Counted from the whole stretch's first letter, positions 20,162 through 30,131 are shown. The stretch is 63,567 bases of DNA, filler included, from Chloroflexota bacterium (GCA_043754535.1; 6 parts of 6 records of this genome joined end to end with filler, not necessarily neighbours in it), one strand, 5' to 3'. The notes: generated by a model from the sequence alone, not told the origin. Numbers and translations: made by a program.

Positions 20162-21400
20162 ATGACCAGCCGTGATGTTTATATTTCACTACAAGCAGTT
20201 ACACCAGCCTTCTGGGGTGGTGCTGTGCCACGTCGCTACTTTGCTTTTACGGAACTGATTGACAGCAAGGGTAATACCCTGCTTGAACACAATGATAGAG
20301 GCAATTCGGTGCTGACTAAAGCTGCCAAGGACTGGCTGCGCCAAAGAGCAAATGAGCAGCATGAAACCCGCCCAGAGGCTAGAGTCCAGTCAGTACGTGG
20401 TGCATTGCGCTGGTGGCTGCGGGCAATGCTGGCTGGCAAGAACACAGGCTTGCTTGTCGCTACTGACCAACTCTGGCAAGCCGAGGCTGAGGTGTTTGGC
20501 AGCACCAACGAGGCATCCAGCGTAATGATCAGCCTGCGTAACCACAATCTGCAACCAACAATCATGAGTGAGCCAGAGGTCAACCCCAAGAATCCCTCCG
20601 GCTACGACTATATGCTCTATGGGATGCACACCGGCAAGTCAGACAGTGAAGGTCATGCCTACACGCCTCGCCAATACTACAATGAGAGTACAGACCGCAC
20701 CCGCCGCGAGATCGATCTTGCCATCACCCCTCGCTGGGGGGCAGCTAACGGCCAGCCAGCCGTTAAACAAACACTGTGGGCCATGTGGCTGCTGATCAAC
20801 TTTGGCGGACTAGGATCACGCAACCGACGAGGTGCAGGCTCAGTTGGCACCGCAGTTTTGCCGGAGCTACCAGAGTGGTTGAAGCAGCAGAAGGAGCAAA
20901 ATGAAGACCTTAAGCTGCCAGACTTCGAGCGTGCCGCGTCACTGGCTCAACTACGGGAGCGGCTCAGAGATGGGCTTATAGCTGCGACCAACAACCCAGC
21001 GTGGCAAAACGAGTCCATCACACCTCGCTATGCCGACTTCTCTGTACTCCATCCTGACTACTGTACCATTGCCATACTTGGCCCCAACAGCGGCAGTGGA
21101 TGGTCAACCGCGAAGGAAGCAATTAAGGCTACAGGCAGTGCCTTCCGTACCTTCCGCGCCAACCCCACCAACAAGCCCCTGAACTTTCGGGCATTTGGCT
21201 ACTCCCTGCCCAACAATCGCTTTGCCTCGCCGCTACACTTCACCATCGTACAACTCTCCAGCCGGAGCTTTGTTGTCGTCATGACATGGTTCCACTCCAA
21301 TCTGCCAGGTGGTGGAACCGTGCCGAGCCAGCCTATGATAACTGGCTTCGTCAATCATCTGCGACAAAGCCTTACCTGCAACTACATCTGGGAGCCATGA
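20162..21400 (+). CDS. cmr1: Type III-B RAMP Cmr1 (second copy)
   Basis: VTPAFWGG, RVQSVRGALRWWLRA, EAEVFGS, G-rich loop FGGLGSRNRRGAGS. Confidence 0.9.
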   Translation: MTSRDVYISLQAVTPAFWGGAVPRRYFAFTELIDSKGNTLLEHNDRGNSVLTKAAKDWLRQRANEQHETRPEARVQSVRGALRWWLRAMLAGKNTGLLVATDQLWQAEAEVFGSTNEASSVMISLRNHNLQPTIMSEPEVNPKNPSGYDYMLYGMHTGKSDSEGHAYTPRQYYNESTDRTRREIDLAITPRWGAANGQPAVKQTLWAMWLLINFGGLGSRNRRGAGSVGTAVLPELPEWLKQQKEQNEDLKLPDFERAASLAQLRERLRDGLIAATNNPAWQNESITPRYADFSVLHPDYCTIAILGPNSGSGWSTAKEAIKATGSAFRTFRANPTNKPLNFRAFGYSLPNNRFASPLHFTIVQLSSRSFVVVMTWFHSNLPGGGTVPSQPMITGFVNHLRQSLTCNYIWEP

Positions 21401-22746
21401 TGACCGACCACCCCACCACCCTCCTCGCCTTCGCCCTCGGCCCAGTGCAGCCGTTCATTGCCGCTGCCCGCCGTACCCAGGATTTGTTCGTCGGCAGCCA
21501 CATCCTCTCGCTGCTTGCCAAAGCCGCCTGTCAGGTCATTGAGCAGCGGGGTGGCAAGCTCCTCTATCCCATTGGGTGGAAGGATAGCAAGGCGACCAAT
21601 CTGCCCAACAAGCTGCTTGCTCGGTTCGATGACCCCACTAAAGCGGAGCAGGCTGGTAGGGGTGCAGTTGTGGCTGTGCAAAAAGCCTGGTGCAAGATGG
21701 CTGATGCTGTGCTGACGTGGCTGGCGGAGGAAGGGAGGGAAGGGAAGGCGGCAATTGCGCTAACTGACCACTTCCGCCAGATGTGGGCCGACCAGACCGG
21801 CTCTGCGCTTGAACTGTATTGGACTGTACTGTTTGCTGCCACCGTCATGCCGGGCTATGAAGCCAACGGTTACGGCGACCACGTGGAAGCCTCCGAGTCG
21901 CTGCTCGCCGCCCGCAAACTGCTGCGTAGCTTCACGCCGCACGCTGCCACCCAGGTCGGCCCGATGAGTACAATTGGCGGCCAGCTACCGGCCCTACGGC
22001 TAGGGGAGCGTGACAGCGACCGTGAAATCAAGGCGTTCTGGATTACGGTCGCGCAGGCAGTCAACAAGCAGGCTGTCCTTGACCTCGAAGGTGGCGAACG
22101 CCTAGACGCGATCAGCACCGTCAAGCGGCTCATTGCTAGCACCGACCATTACGCGAGCAAGTTCAGCCAACGCTACCCCTCGACCAGCGACGTGGCCGCC
22201 GCCGACTTGCGGGCTGCCATCCTCAATCTTGATGAGTTGCAGGATGATGGCAGCGCAATCAGCAAAGCTCTGTACCAATACTTTGAGGCGGCCAAGAAGA
22301 TAGACGTGCAACGTACGGGTGATGTACCCGGTTTGGTCAAGCTGGCAAAGCAGCATGGCATCGGTGGCTGGCGGTACGAAGCCCTGCTTAAGCATGACGG
22401 CGACCTGCTGTTCCCTCAGAATGTCAGCGCGAAGATGCTGGTCGCCGACTACGGCGTGCAGCCTGACCGCGCCGAGGCGATTAGCCGCGACCTGATCGCT
22501 AGCGCAAATGCTTTGCGCCGCGAGGCTAGTAAGCTGAAGGTGACGGCCACTACCCCCTACTACGCCGTCGTTGCCTTCGACGGCGACCGCATGGGTGCGT
22601 TGCTCCGCCGCATGACTAATAGCGACCGCCATGAAGTCTTGAGCCAGGCACTGGCCGACTTTGCCAGCAAGGATAAGTGGAGTGGCCTGCACTGCGCCGA
22701 TTATTGCATCCACTGCCCCGTCTTTGAGGGGATTGAAACCCCTTGA
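21397..22746 (+). pseudogene. cas10: C-terminally truncated Cas10/Cmr2 (no GGDD, no HD); last codons are CRISPR repeat-derived
   Basis: LGPVQPFIAAARRTQDLFVGSHILS, YPSTSD, YYAVVAFDGDRMG; homology to the full copy stops after ALADFA, before LVYAGGDD. Confidence 0.85.
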
Positions 22747-22816
22747 TCCGGCTGCCCTTACCCGCAATGTCCAGCGTTCATTGCATCCACTGCCCCGTAT
22801 TTGAGGGGATTGCAGG
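22703..22816 (+). CRISPR. Mini-array: 2 variant repeats (ATTGCATCCACTGCCCCGT[C/A]TTTGAGGGGATTG...) with one 40-nt spacer
   Basis: Repeat 22703-22739 ends ATTGAAAC; second 22780-22816 is degenerate at its 3' end; shares CCCCG..TTTGAGGGGATTG with array 1. Confidence 0.85.
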
Positions 22817-22822
22817 CACAAC

Positions 22823-22852
22823 AAAAAGGCCACCCTCTGGCGGGTGGCTTTC
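22823..22852. terminator. Bidirectional terminator between mini-array and cmr6
   Basis: aaaaaggccaccc-tctggc-gggtggctttc. Confidence 0.75.
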
Positions 22853-22873
22853 ATCGTCTATGCTGCCGGTTGG

Positions 22874-23818
22874 CTAAGGCTGGACTTGTTGGAAGTTGGT
22901 GAACACGCCGTAGCCGCTGGTCGTCTTGGCCCCGATGCCCATCTGCTCAAGGCCACGCTGCAAGAAGTCCCACGCTTGCTTGGCTACGGCTGCGTCGCCA
23001 TTGCGGGCCGCCACCCCGAACAGGAAGCGGCTGGCCTTGCCCACCGTCAGAAAGTTGACGGGGGTCGGGCTGTCGTAGTCGGCGGGCGGGTGGTTGCCTT
23101 GCCCCTTGTTGTTGTAGTAGTCGGGGTAGTGCGGGTTCATGATGTCCAGTTCCAAAGTCAGGCTGAGTGGCAGCGCGTCGTAGAAGATCGCCTGCCCTGT
23201 ATTGTCCTGCGTGCCGAACAGGTGCCGGAACATCTCCACCAGCCCGTTGTTAGTATAAAACTGATACAGATAATCATAGTTGGATCGATCTTTGGCTTTC
23301 AGGTCAGCATTATACTCGACTACATCACGCTCAAGGCGGCTGAGTGCACCCAGTTCCTCATACTGGCCTCTGGCGTTCTTGCGGGTCGGTACGCGCACCC
23401 CCTTCTTCTCCAACTTCAGCCACAAGTTCGTCAACGCCCTTGCCCGCGCCAGCCCCTTGAGCGCACTACCAGGGATGATCGGGCAGCCGTAGAGGTGGTG
23501 CAGCCGGATGCCAACCTCCCGCGCTCCCTTGTTGCCCAGCCCGACGATGCACCGCGCTTGCGGCCCTGCCTCGTAAGCGACCACTCCGGGTTGCAACTGC
23601 CGCAGCATAGCCCGCTGGCGTTTATCCAGCGCAGTCAGCATAGCCGGATCGAACTGGAAGTTGCTGGCCGCCTTCAACTGACCGCTGTCCTTCTCCTTCA
23701 GTATTTCGCCACTGCCGTTGACTGCCACGTACTTGCCGATTAGCAGTGCCAGATTGCTAATGTCAATGTCGCGGGCAACGTTGCGGTTGGTATCTTCTGG
23801 CAGTGCATAATTTGGCAT
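22874..23818 (-). CDS. cmr6: Type III-B RAMP Cmr6
   Basis: LHHLYGCPIIPGSALKG, LFGTQDNTG, DIMNPHYPDYY, GIGAKTTSGYG. Confidence 0.95.
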   Translation of the reverse strand: MPNYALPEDTNRNVARDIDISNLALLIGKYVAVNGSGEILKEKDSGQLKAASNFQFDPAMLTALDKRQRAMLRQLQPGVVAYEAGPQARCIVGLGNKGAREVGIRLHHLYGCPIIPGSALKGLARARALTNLWLKLEKKGVRVPTRKNARGQYEELGALSRLERDVVEYNADLKAKDRSNYDYLYQFYTNNGLVEMFRHLFGTQDNTGQAIFYDALPLSLTLELDIMNPHYPDYYNNKGQGNHPPADYDSPTPVNFLTVGKASRFLFGVAARNGDAAVAKQAWDFLQRGLEQMGIGAKTTSGYGVFTNFQQVQP

Positions 23819-24251
23819 TGGCCTGATCCTCATCAATACCACTGTCGTCAATATCCTTCACATCAGCCAGCAGCCCCTCAACCCACCGCTTGAGCCAGGT
23901 TGCATAAGCAATCGCCTCGATTGTCGCCAAACGGTAGTTGGCACTGCTGTTTGCCATCAGCAGGCGCAACAAATCCTTGCTCTCCTGCTTCTCAAACTTA
24001 ACTTGCTCGACTACCCAAGTGCTGATGTCGCTGTAAAGTTGGTTGTAGGCCGCCTTCTTGCGCTTGCTGAACAGGAACGACATGGCCGCCCCCAGTCCCG
24101 AAGTCATGACTAGCGCACCGAACTTCTTGGCCTGTGACTTGTATTCTCCCTTGTACTTATCATCCTTACTGGCAGCGACTGCCTCAACCTTGTCGTAGGC
24201 GTTCTTGGCCCGCCGCATATCAGCACTCTGGCGGTTGGACGTGTCGGCCAT
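23763..24251 (-). CDS. cmr5: Type III-B small subunit Cmr5
   Basis: 'YKSQAKKFGALVMTSGLGAAMSFL...YRLATIEAIAYATWLKRW'; lies between cmr4 and cmr6. Confidence 0.92.
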   Translation of the reverse strand: MADTSNRQSADMRRAKNAYDKVEAVAASKDDKYKGEYKSQAKKFGALVMTSGLGAAMSFLFSKRKKAAYNQLYSDISTWVVEQVKFEKQESKDLLRLLMANSSANYRLATIEAIAYATWLKRWVEGLLADVKDIDDSGIDEDQANAKLCTARRYQPQRCPRH

Positions 24252-25171
24252 CACTTCACCTCCTGCAAGCGGAGAGCGACTGTTCCCCGCCCTGTAGTTT
24301 CGTCGCCACCCAGCCGCACCCGCTGCTCGTTCAGCTTGTTGAGAGTCTCCTGCACACCATCCGAGGACATCTCGTTGCCCGTCTTCTTGGTGCCTCCCTT
24401 GCCGATATATAGCGGCGCATAAAGCAGCGTGTCGCTCGGCAAACTCTCCTCCGTCCAAAGCGCACCGCGGGCGACCGTCTTGGTCTCGGTCGTGAGCCGC
24501 ACGCGGGTGACGACCTCAGTCGCGTAGCTGACAAAATCGCGGAAGTCGTTCTCCGGCAACACCAGCAGGTGGCTGGCAAGGCTGTCGCGCCAATACTTGT
24601 ACTCCGCCGTCTGCGGCAGGGCGTGCTTGGTCAGGTAGTCAGCTAGCTTGTCCACCTCGTCGCTCTTGTTGGCCTCGTAGCTGAACTCCTCCAGCACGAC
24701 GGTGGGACTACCCAGCGCACTGTTGTTGCTGACCAACGCCCCCCGCTCCTGGGCTTGCAGTTTGGTCAGATCGAAGCCGAGCTTGCTGGTATCCACTCCA
24801 GCAGCAGCCAGGTCGCGCACATAGCGGGCGAGGACGTTCGCGCTGGTCGCCCAGGCGAACACGCCCTGCACCGAGCGCACCGGAAAGAGGAGCAGCCTGG
24901 CATCGCCGAACGATACCGCGCCTGCGTAGGCATCGCTGTCCGCCCCGATCTTCTCCGGCCCGAACACCGCCTCGCACTCCTTGTCGTTCAAGCCCAGCAT
25001 CCCCTTCGCCTCAGCCCGCAGTCGCCCCTTGACCCCGCTGGCCTGCACCAAAGGATAGTTGGTGCTGCGCTCGCGCTGGATCGGCAGGTCAACCACGCCG
25101 ACGGCCCGGCCACTGCCCGCGTGCAGCGGCGTTTCTACGTAGAAGTACAGCATCGCACTCTTATCGAACAT
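24251..25171 (-). CDS. cmr4: Type III-B backbone RNase Cmr4
   Basis: ETPLHAGSG..G.VDLPIQRE (catalytic Asp), DARLLLFPVRS, LGGDETTGRG. Confidence 0.96.
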   Translation of the reverse strand: MFDKSAMLYFYVETPLHAGSGRAVGVVDLPIQRERSTNYPLVQASGVKGRLRAEAKGMLGLNDKECEAVFGPEKIGADSDAYAGAVSFGDARLLLFPVRSVQGVFAWATSANVLARYVRDLAAAGVDTSKLGFDLTKLQAQERGALVSNNSALGSPTVVLEEFSYEANKSDEVDKLADYLTKHALPQTAEYKYWRDSLASHLLVLPENDFRDFVSYATEVVTRVRLTTETKTVARGALWTEESLPSDTLLYAPLYIGKGGTKKTGNEMSSDGVQETLNKLNEQRVRLGGDETTGRGTVALRLQEVK

Positions 25172-25172
25172 C

Positions 25173-26348
25173 TTACCATCCCCCCACAAGTACCTGTCCA
25201 AAGCCAATCGCGCCACCTTGGTCGGTGATCGGCTTGCCGTTATGTGTGATTGTGCTGCCACCCTTGCCCTCAAGGTAGTAGACGCTGCCTGCTGGCACGT
25301 AGCGGTGGGCAGGCTTGTGGCGGTGGTTAGCCAGGTCGAAGCCTGCCACCGTCAGCGGGCGACCCAATGCAGCGGCCACCAACGCTGGCTCTCCATCGAA
25401 GAAGTCGCTCCAGTTGCCTGGCAACCAGCCGTTCTTGAAGTAAGCGGGGGTGGCGAAGTAGAGCTTGATTCGTGGGCCGCTAACTGGCGCAGGTCGCTGG
25501 GCATCGCCGATCTTGCGGTAGAGGCCAACCCGCCGCTCCCCACCCAAACTGACTGCCCCCTGCCCCCTTTCAGGCGGCGGCCATCCCAGTTCGTCAAGCT
25601 CCAGGCCGAGGCCGACCCGCCAATCGCCGCGCCATTGGGGGCGGGTGAAGCTGACAGTGTAGAGCATCCCTTCTTCGGTGGACTTGCCGCCCGCTTGCAG
25701 CTTGATGCCCAGCCGCTCCTCGTCGTCGCTCAACAAATCCGCGGCAACAACCACGCTGTCGGGTGCGCCTTGTGCCAGCCAGTCTTTCAGGTCGTCCTCA
25801 TCGCGCAGAGTGTGGGCGATACCAACTGGCTGCTCGCTAGCCGCCGCCAGATAAGCCTTCATCGCCTCCGCATCCAGCCAACCAGCCGCGTTCTTCGCCT
25901 CCTTGTTGCTCGTGTAGAGCAGGTGGCTAGTCGCCAGCGCACTGACTGCCAGCCCGCCGCCGACCTTCTGCACTTGTGGCAGCCAGTATTCGCGGTCAGC
26001 CACGTAGAGGTCAGCGGGAGCGGGGTAGTAGCGGGTGTAGGTTGCAGTGGGCTTGCCATCTCTGCGGGTGATCAGCTGCGTGGTCAGGAAGGGGCCACGA
26101 AGTTGCAGGTTGCCGTAGTCGCCCTCGTCGGGGCTGCCAATGGCAGCTTTGGCGGCAGCGTTGCCCTTGTTCTTGAAGTCGTCGAAGTCTATGCCGTTCG
26201 CCAGCAAATAACTGGTACGCACCATGCCCGCGATGGTGGTCGGCAAGGGCGGGAACTGGCTCTGGGCGCGGTGGTCGCTGCCCGCGCTAAAAGGCCTGCC
26301 GTCGCGGAACAGCCAGACATCGCCCGCTTCGATAAACAGCGTTGTCAA
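25173..26348 (-). CDS. cmr3: Type III-B Cmr3
   Basis: DVWLFRDGRPF, FPPLPTTIAG, LGGERR, VPAGSVY, GFG. Confidence 0.95.
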   Translation of the reverse strand: MTTLFIEAGDVWLFRDGRPFSAGSDHRAQSQFPPLPTTIAGMVRTSYLLANGIDFDDFKNKGNAAAKAAIGSPDEGDYGNLQLRGPFLTTQLITRRDGKPTATYTRYYPAPADLYVADREYWLPQVQKVGGGLAVSALATSHLLYTSNKEAKNAAGWLDAEAMKAYLAAASEQPVGIAHTLRDEDDLKDWLAQGAPDSVVVAADLLSDDEERLGIKLQAGGKSTEEGMLYTVSFTRPQWRGDWRVGLGLELDELGWPPPERGQGAVSLGGERRVGLYRKIGDAQRPAPVSGPRIKLYFATPAYFKNGWLPGNWSDFFDGEPALVAAALGRPLTVAGFDLANHRHKPAHRYVPAGSVYYLEGKGGSTITHNGKPITDQGGAIGFGQVLVGGW

Positions 26349-28486
26349 TCCTGCTCCCCTCCTCTGGCGATAAACTCCGCGACACGCAGCCAGCCGCTAA
26401 GTTGCTGGCTGGCCTGTACCGCTAGCTGCTCGTCGCTGTACTTGCGCTTCGGCTTACGCAACTCGGCTTTAACCAGCCGCCGGTTGGCGTTGGTCAGCAG
26501 CGTGGTCATACCAGCTAGCAATCCCTTCCCGGCAGTAGTCAGCTTGCCATCGTCCTTCAGCGTGTCGCCGTTGGTGTGGCGCAGCAGCAACCGCCGTAGT
26601 TCGCTGGCCGCCATGTTGGTGAGGCCAAAGGCGTGCGCCTCGCGGTCGAAGTCGAACACCAGCTTGGCGGAGAGCGGCCCGCCCCCGGCAAAGTAGCGGC
26701 TGAGGTCAATAACCGGCTGAAGGTCGCCGAAGCCAATCCCGCCATCTGCACCCACGTCGGCGGTCGGGTCGAAGCCAAACTGGTAGCCGACGGTGGAGTG
26801 TTCGCCACTGCGCCGCAGGGTCGTCACCGCCACTGCGTTACGGCCATACTCGTTCTTGGCTAGCTTCTCGGCTTTACGCACCTGATCCAGCACGAAATCG
26901 AGCGGGGTCAGGTGGTGGGCGAGGACAATACCAGCACTGGCGGTCGCCAGCGGCCCATCGTCGGCGTGCAGCGTGGTGCCGGTTAGATGCTTACGCAAGG
27001 TAGTGCGGTACTGGCGCAGCAACTCAACCACGCCTCCGAGCGCAGTCGTCAGCGGGAAGAAGGCGAACACGTCGTCGCCCCCAGCATAGACCAGCCGCCC
27101 CAGATACTCCCTGCTCTCGGTCACGGTGCGGGCCGGGCCACCGGCAAAGGCGGCCAATGCCGCGCTCAAGTTCTTGTGACCGTCCTCGGCCATGCCGCTG
27201 AGGAGCCTGCCCATGCGGTCGCCGTCCATCAGCACGACGGCGTAGTAGGGGCTGGTCGTGGTGATGCCCGCTGCCCCAGCCGCTTGCCGCAATTCACGGG
27301 CGGTGCTGGCGATCTTGCCCGCCGCCTCAGTCGCCCGCCGTTGTCGCCGCTCAGGGTCGTTCTCGCCCGGATAGATGCCGTAGTCGAGCAGCAGCATCTT
27401 GCCGCTGATGCTGGCGGGAAAGAGGAGGTCGCCATCGTAGCGCAGCAGAGCCGCCCGTGCCTCGCTGTCCAGCCCGCTTACCTCGTCGGCGATCAGGGGC
27501 AGAGCGGGGATGTCGTCCTCGGCGGTTTCTTCCCAGTGGCGCAGCGGCTGGATGTCGTTGTAAAGCTGCTTGAGGGTGGCCGCGATGTTGGGGCTGGCGT
27601 AATGGCGCAGGATGTCGGCCCGCAAGTCGGCGGCGGCGAGGTCGCTGGTCGAGGGGTAACGCTGGTAGAAGGCTTGCAGGCCGGGGTAGCGACGAGCCGA
27701 CTCCTCCTTGGTCAGGTCGCGGCGGATCAGTTCTGGCAGCAGCCGCTTGACGGTGCTGATCGCGTCGAGCCGTTCGCTACCGTCGTAGGTCAGCACGGCC
27801 TCGCGCTTCACCCCATCTTCAGCTAGCTGCTGCCAGAACTTGCGGATCGCCTCGTTGCCGTCAGCCTTGTCACCGCGCAAGACCGGCAGCGTGCCGCCAA
27901 TGCTGCTCATCGGGCCGCGCTGCTCATTGCCGAGTGGAGCAAAGTCACGAGCCTGCTTGCGGGCGGCCAGCAGCCCCTCGGCGGCATCTACTGCGCGGGC
28001 GTAGTCGGTGCGCTCATCATCACCCTGACGTTCGCCCAGCAGTTTGTCAACCTCAGCGGTGTCCAGCACCGCCCAGTAGACTTCGAGGAAGTGGTCAATC
28101 TGCTTGCCCCAAATGTCGGGGTTGGAGGTCAGGCGGCTTGCCAGCCAATGCTTGTAGACCAGCGCGGCCAACCGCTGCCATTCCCCCTTTACCGCAGCCC
28201 CGGCCTTGGTGGCCGCTGCTTTCGCATCGGCGACGGTGGCGAAGCTGGCTAGCAGCTTGTTGGGGATGTTGCTGCGCTTGCCGTCGTTGCTATCTTCTGG
28301 CAGCGTCGGGTAGATGATCGTGCCTTGCCCGCTGCTGATGGTGGCGTGGGCTTGGCGGGCGAGGTGGCTGAGGATGCTGCTACCCACGAACAGGTCGCTG
28401 GCGCGGCGGGCCGCTTCGATAAAGGTCTGCACCGGGCCGAGGCTGAGGGCAAGCAGGACGCGGGCTGGCGCGGGCTGGTCGCTCAT
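26345..28486 (-). CDS. cas10: Cas10/Cmr2, HD-less, cyclase motifs intact
   Basis: LGPVQTFIEAARR, YYAVVLMDGDRMG, LVYAGGDD, TASAGIVLAH. Confidence 0.96.
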   Translation of the reverse strand: MSDQPAPARVLLALSLGPVQTFIEAARRASDLFVGSSILSHLARQAHATISSGQGTIIYPTLPEDSNDGKRSNIPNKLLASFATVADAKAAATKAGAAVKGEWQRLAALVYKHWLASRLTSNPDIWGKQIDHFLEVYWAVLDTAEVDKLLGERQGDDERTDYARAVDAAEGLLAARKQARDFAPLGNEQRGPMSSIGGTLPVLRGDKADGNEAIRKFWQQLAEDGVKREAVLTYDGSERLDAISTVKRLLPELIRRDLTKEESARRYPGLQAFYQRYPSTSDLAAADLRADILRHYASPNIAATLKQLYNDIQPLRHWEETAEDDIPALPLIADEVSGLDSEARAALLRYDGDLLFPASISGKMLLLDYGIYPGENDPERRQRRATEAAGKIASTARELRQAAGAAGITTTSPYYAVVLMDGDRMGRLLSGMAEDGHKNLSAALAAFAGGPARTVTESREYLGRLVYAGGDDVFAFFPLTTALGGVVELLRQYRTTLRKHLTGTTLHADDGPLATASAGIVLAHHLTPLDFVLDQVRKAEKLAKNEYGRNAVAVTTLRRSGEHSTVGYQFGFDPTADVGADGGIGFGDLQPVIDLSRYFAGGGPLSAKLVFDFDREAHAFGLTNMAASELRRLLLRHTNGDTLKDDGKLTTAGKGLLAGMTTLLTNANRRLVKAELRKPKRKYSDEQLAVQASQQLSGWLRVAEFIARGGEQD

Positions 28487-29832
28487 GGCTGTGCCTCCTG
28501 TCGGTAGGCGATCTGCAAGGCATCCGCGTTCAGCCGGTCTTCAAGGCCTACTTTGAAATCCTCAAGCAGCGTGCTGGCAAGCTCGTTGCTGGGCGGGTCA
28601 ACTAGCACTGGCCTGCCGCCCGCTTTGATTTGCAGCTTACGCTTTTCGGGTGGCTGGTTGGGGCGGATGATGGTTGGCACCAACTCGCGGTAGGCGATGG
28701 TCAGCACCAGCGCGATGTCGCGCCCCACGGGGCTGAAGTGCAGCATCACCGGCGAGGCCGAGCGCGTCTCCTTGTCGTCGTCACCTTTCCAGCTAATGCC
28801 GACGCGATCCCTGGTTTGGGGGAAGTAGAAGGCCAGCGGCAGACCAAAGGTGGCCCGCTCGATCTGCGGCGGCGGCGTGCCGTCCTTGAGGAAGCTGGTG
28901 ATCGCCACGTTGTCGTCGGCGATCTCCTCACTGCGGAACTGGGCAAAAGCACGGCCAACCTCATCCATTGCATCTTCCCACTTGCGCCAGGTGCGGTCGA
29001 ACACGTAGATGGTAGTATAGTCGGGGTGGAGAACTGTGTAGGGGCTGACCTCTGGCTCGATCTTGTCGCTGGAGGGTCGGTCGTGGTACTTGTAGCTGCT
29101 ACTGATCAGCTTGCGTATGCTTTTAACCCCGGCCTGCAGCTGCTGCTGTAGTTCCTTTGGCGAAGCGGCAAGGGGTGGGGTGGGCAGTTGTTGCTCCGGC
29201 CAATTGGGGTGATTGGCAACGCTGAGGCTGCCCGCCCCACGCCGACTGCGTGCGCCCAACCCGCCGAGGCTAGTCAGCAGCCAGAGGGCAGCACAGGCGT
29301 ATATTTGCGGGTCGCGCCCACTAGCCTCCCCACTGTCGTCCACTATCACGCCAACCCTCAAGCCCAGGTGCAGGTCGAAGGCTGCGCCGGGTTGGTAGGC
29401 GCGGCGGGCGGGGGCAGAATTGCGGCCAGTTTGCTCGTGCATGCCATATAGTAGATAGTCTTGACCAGCAATCAGGCGGGGGTTTCGCCCGACTTTGGTT
29501 ACTTCGCGCACATCGCGGGGGCCAGTGTTGTCGGTGAGGCGCAAGGTTATAGGCGAGGCACCACCCTGCTCCAGACCGTCGTCGCGCTCCTTGTAGGTGA
29601 CGCTACCGAACACCTTCGCTTCCTCTTGCCAGAGCTTGTCAGTGTCAGTGAAGTTGGGGCCAGCCACACCGCAGCCAGCCAGCAACGCCCGCAGCCACCA
29701 GCGCATTGCGCCCCGCACTGACTGCACGCGCAACTCGGCCCGCAATTCGGCTGGTGCGCCACGCGGCTCGGTACCACCAATGAACATGGGGGTGACTACT
29801 CGTAGGTCAAGTTTAACTGGCTCGTCAGGCAT
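28483..29832 (-). CDS. cmr1: Type III-B RAMP Cmr1
   Basis: VVTPMFIGG, LRVQSVRGAMRWWLRA, LGGLGARSRRGAGS, FGLP, RSASP. Confidence 0.94.
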   Translation of the reverse strand: MPDEPVKLDLRVVTPMFIGGTEPRGAPAELRAELRVQSVRGAMRWWLRALLAGCGVAGPNFTDTDKLWQEEAKVFGSVTYKERDDGLEQGGASPITLRLTDNTGPRDVREVTKVGRNPRLIAGQDYLLYGMHEQTGRNSAPARRAYQPGAAFDLHLGLRVGVIVDDSGEASGRDPQIYACAALWLLTSLGGLGARSRRGAGSLSVANHPNWPEQQLPTPPLAASPKELQQQLQAGVKSIRKLISSSYKYHDRPSSDKIEPEVSPYTVLHPDYTTIYVFDRTWRKWEDAMDEVGRAFAQFRSEEIADDNVAITSFLKDGTPPPQIERATFGLPLAFYFPQTRDRVGISWKGDDDKETRSASPVMLHFSPVGRDIALVLTIAYRELVPTIIRPNQPPEKRKLQIKAGGRPVLVDPPSNELASTLLEDFKVGLEDRLNADALQIAYRQEAQP

Positions 29833-29886
29833 GATAGTTCCACCTCTGCTGCTGGTTTGATTGCCAGATGCGCTGGCTCCGCAAAG

Positions 29887-29915
29887 AGTGTAGCACAGCC
29901 TATCGCTGTTTGCAA
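29887..29915 (-). promoter_or_regulatory. Promoter of main cmr operon
   Basis: Minus strand TTGCAA-N17-TACACT with TGn; similar to the promoter at 20084. Confidence 0.55.
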
Positions 29916-30003
29916 TAGCCAGCAACAAGCAATCTACGATGAGCTTGCGGCCATGCGGTGAGGTGATGGTAAGGTGTACTGGTTTATTGCTTGCCCTAGT
30001 CGC

Positions 30004-30033
30004 TTGACCAATATGCCACACCTACGTTATAAT
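30004..30033 (+). promoter_or_regulatory. Promoter of effector operon
   Basis: TTGACC-N18-TATAAT. Confidence 0.55.
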
Positions 30034-30131
30034 GCAACCACACTGGCTAGTAAAGTTGTGTCAAGCAGTATGCAGTCGTGGGTCAATGACCCACGTGCGC
30101 GTGGATGGGCAACATGAAGGAGGATGCAGCG

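Noticed and set aside
25218..26696. Long + strand ORFs opposite cmr genes (also opposite cphA, P450 and others)
   Set aside because: Antisense shadows typical of high-GC coding DNA; no motifs
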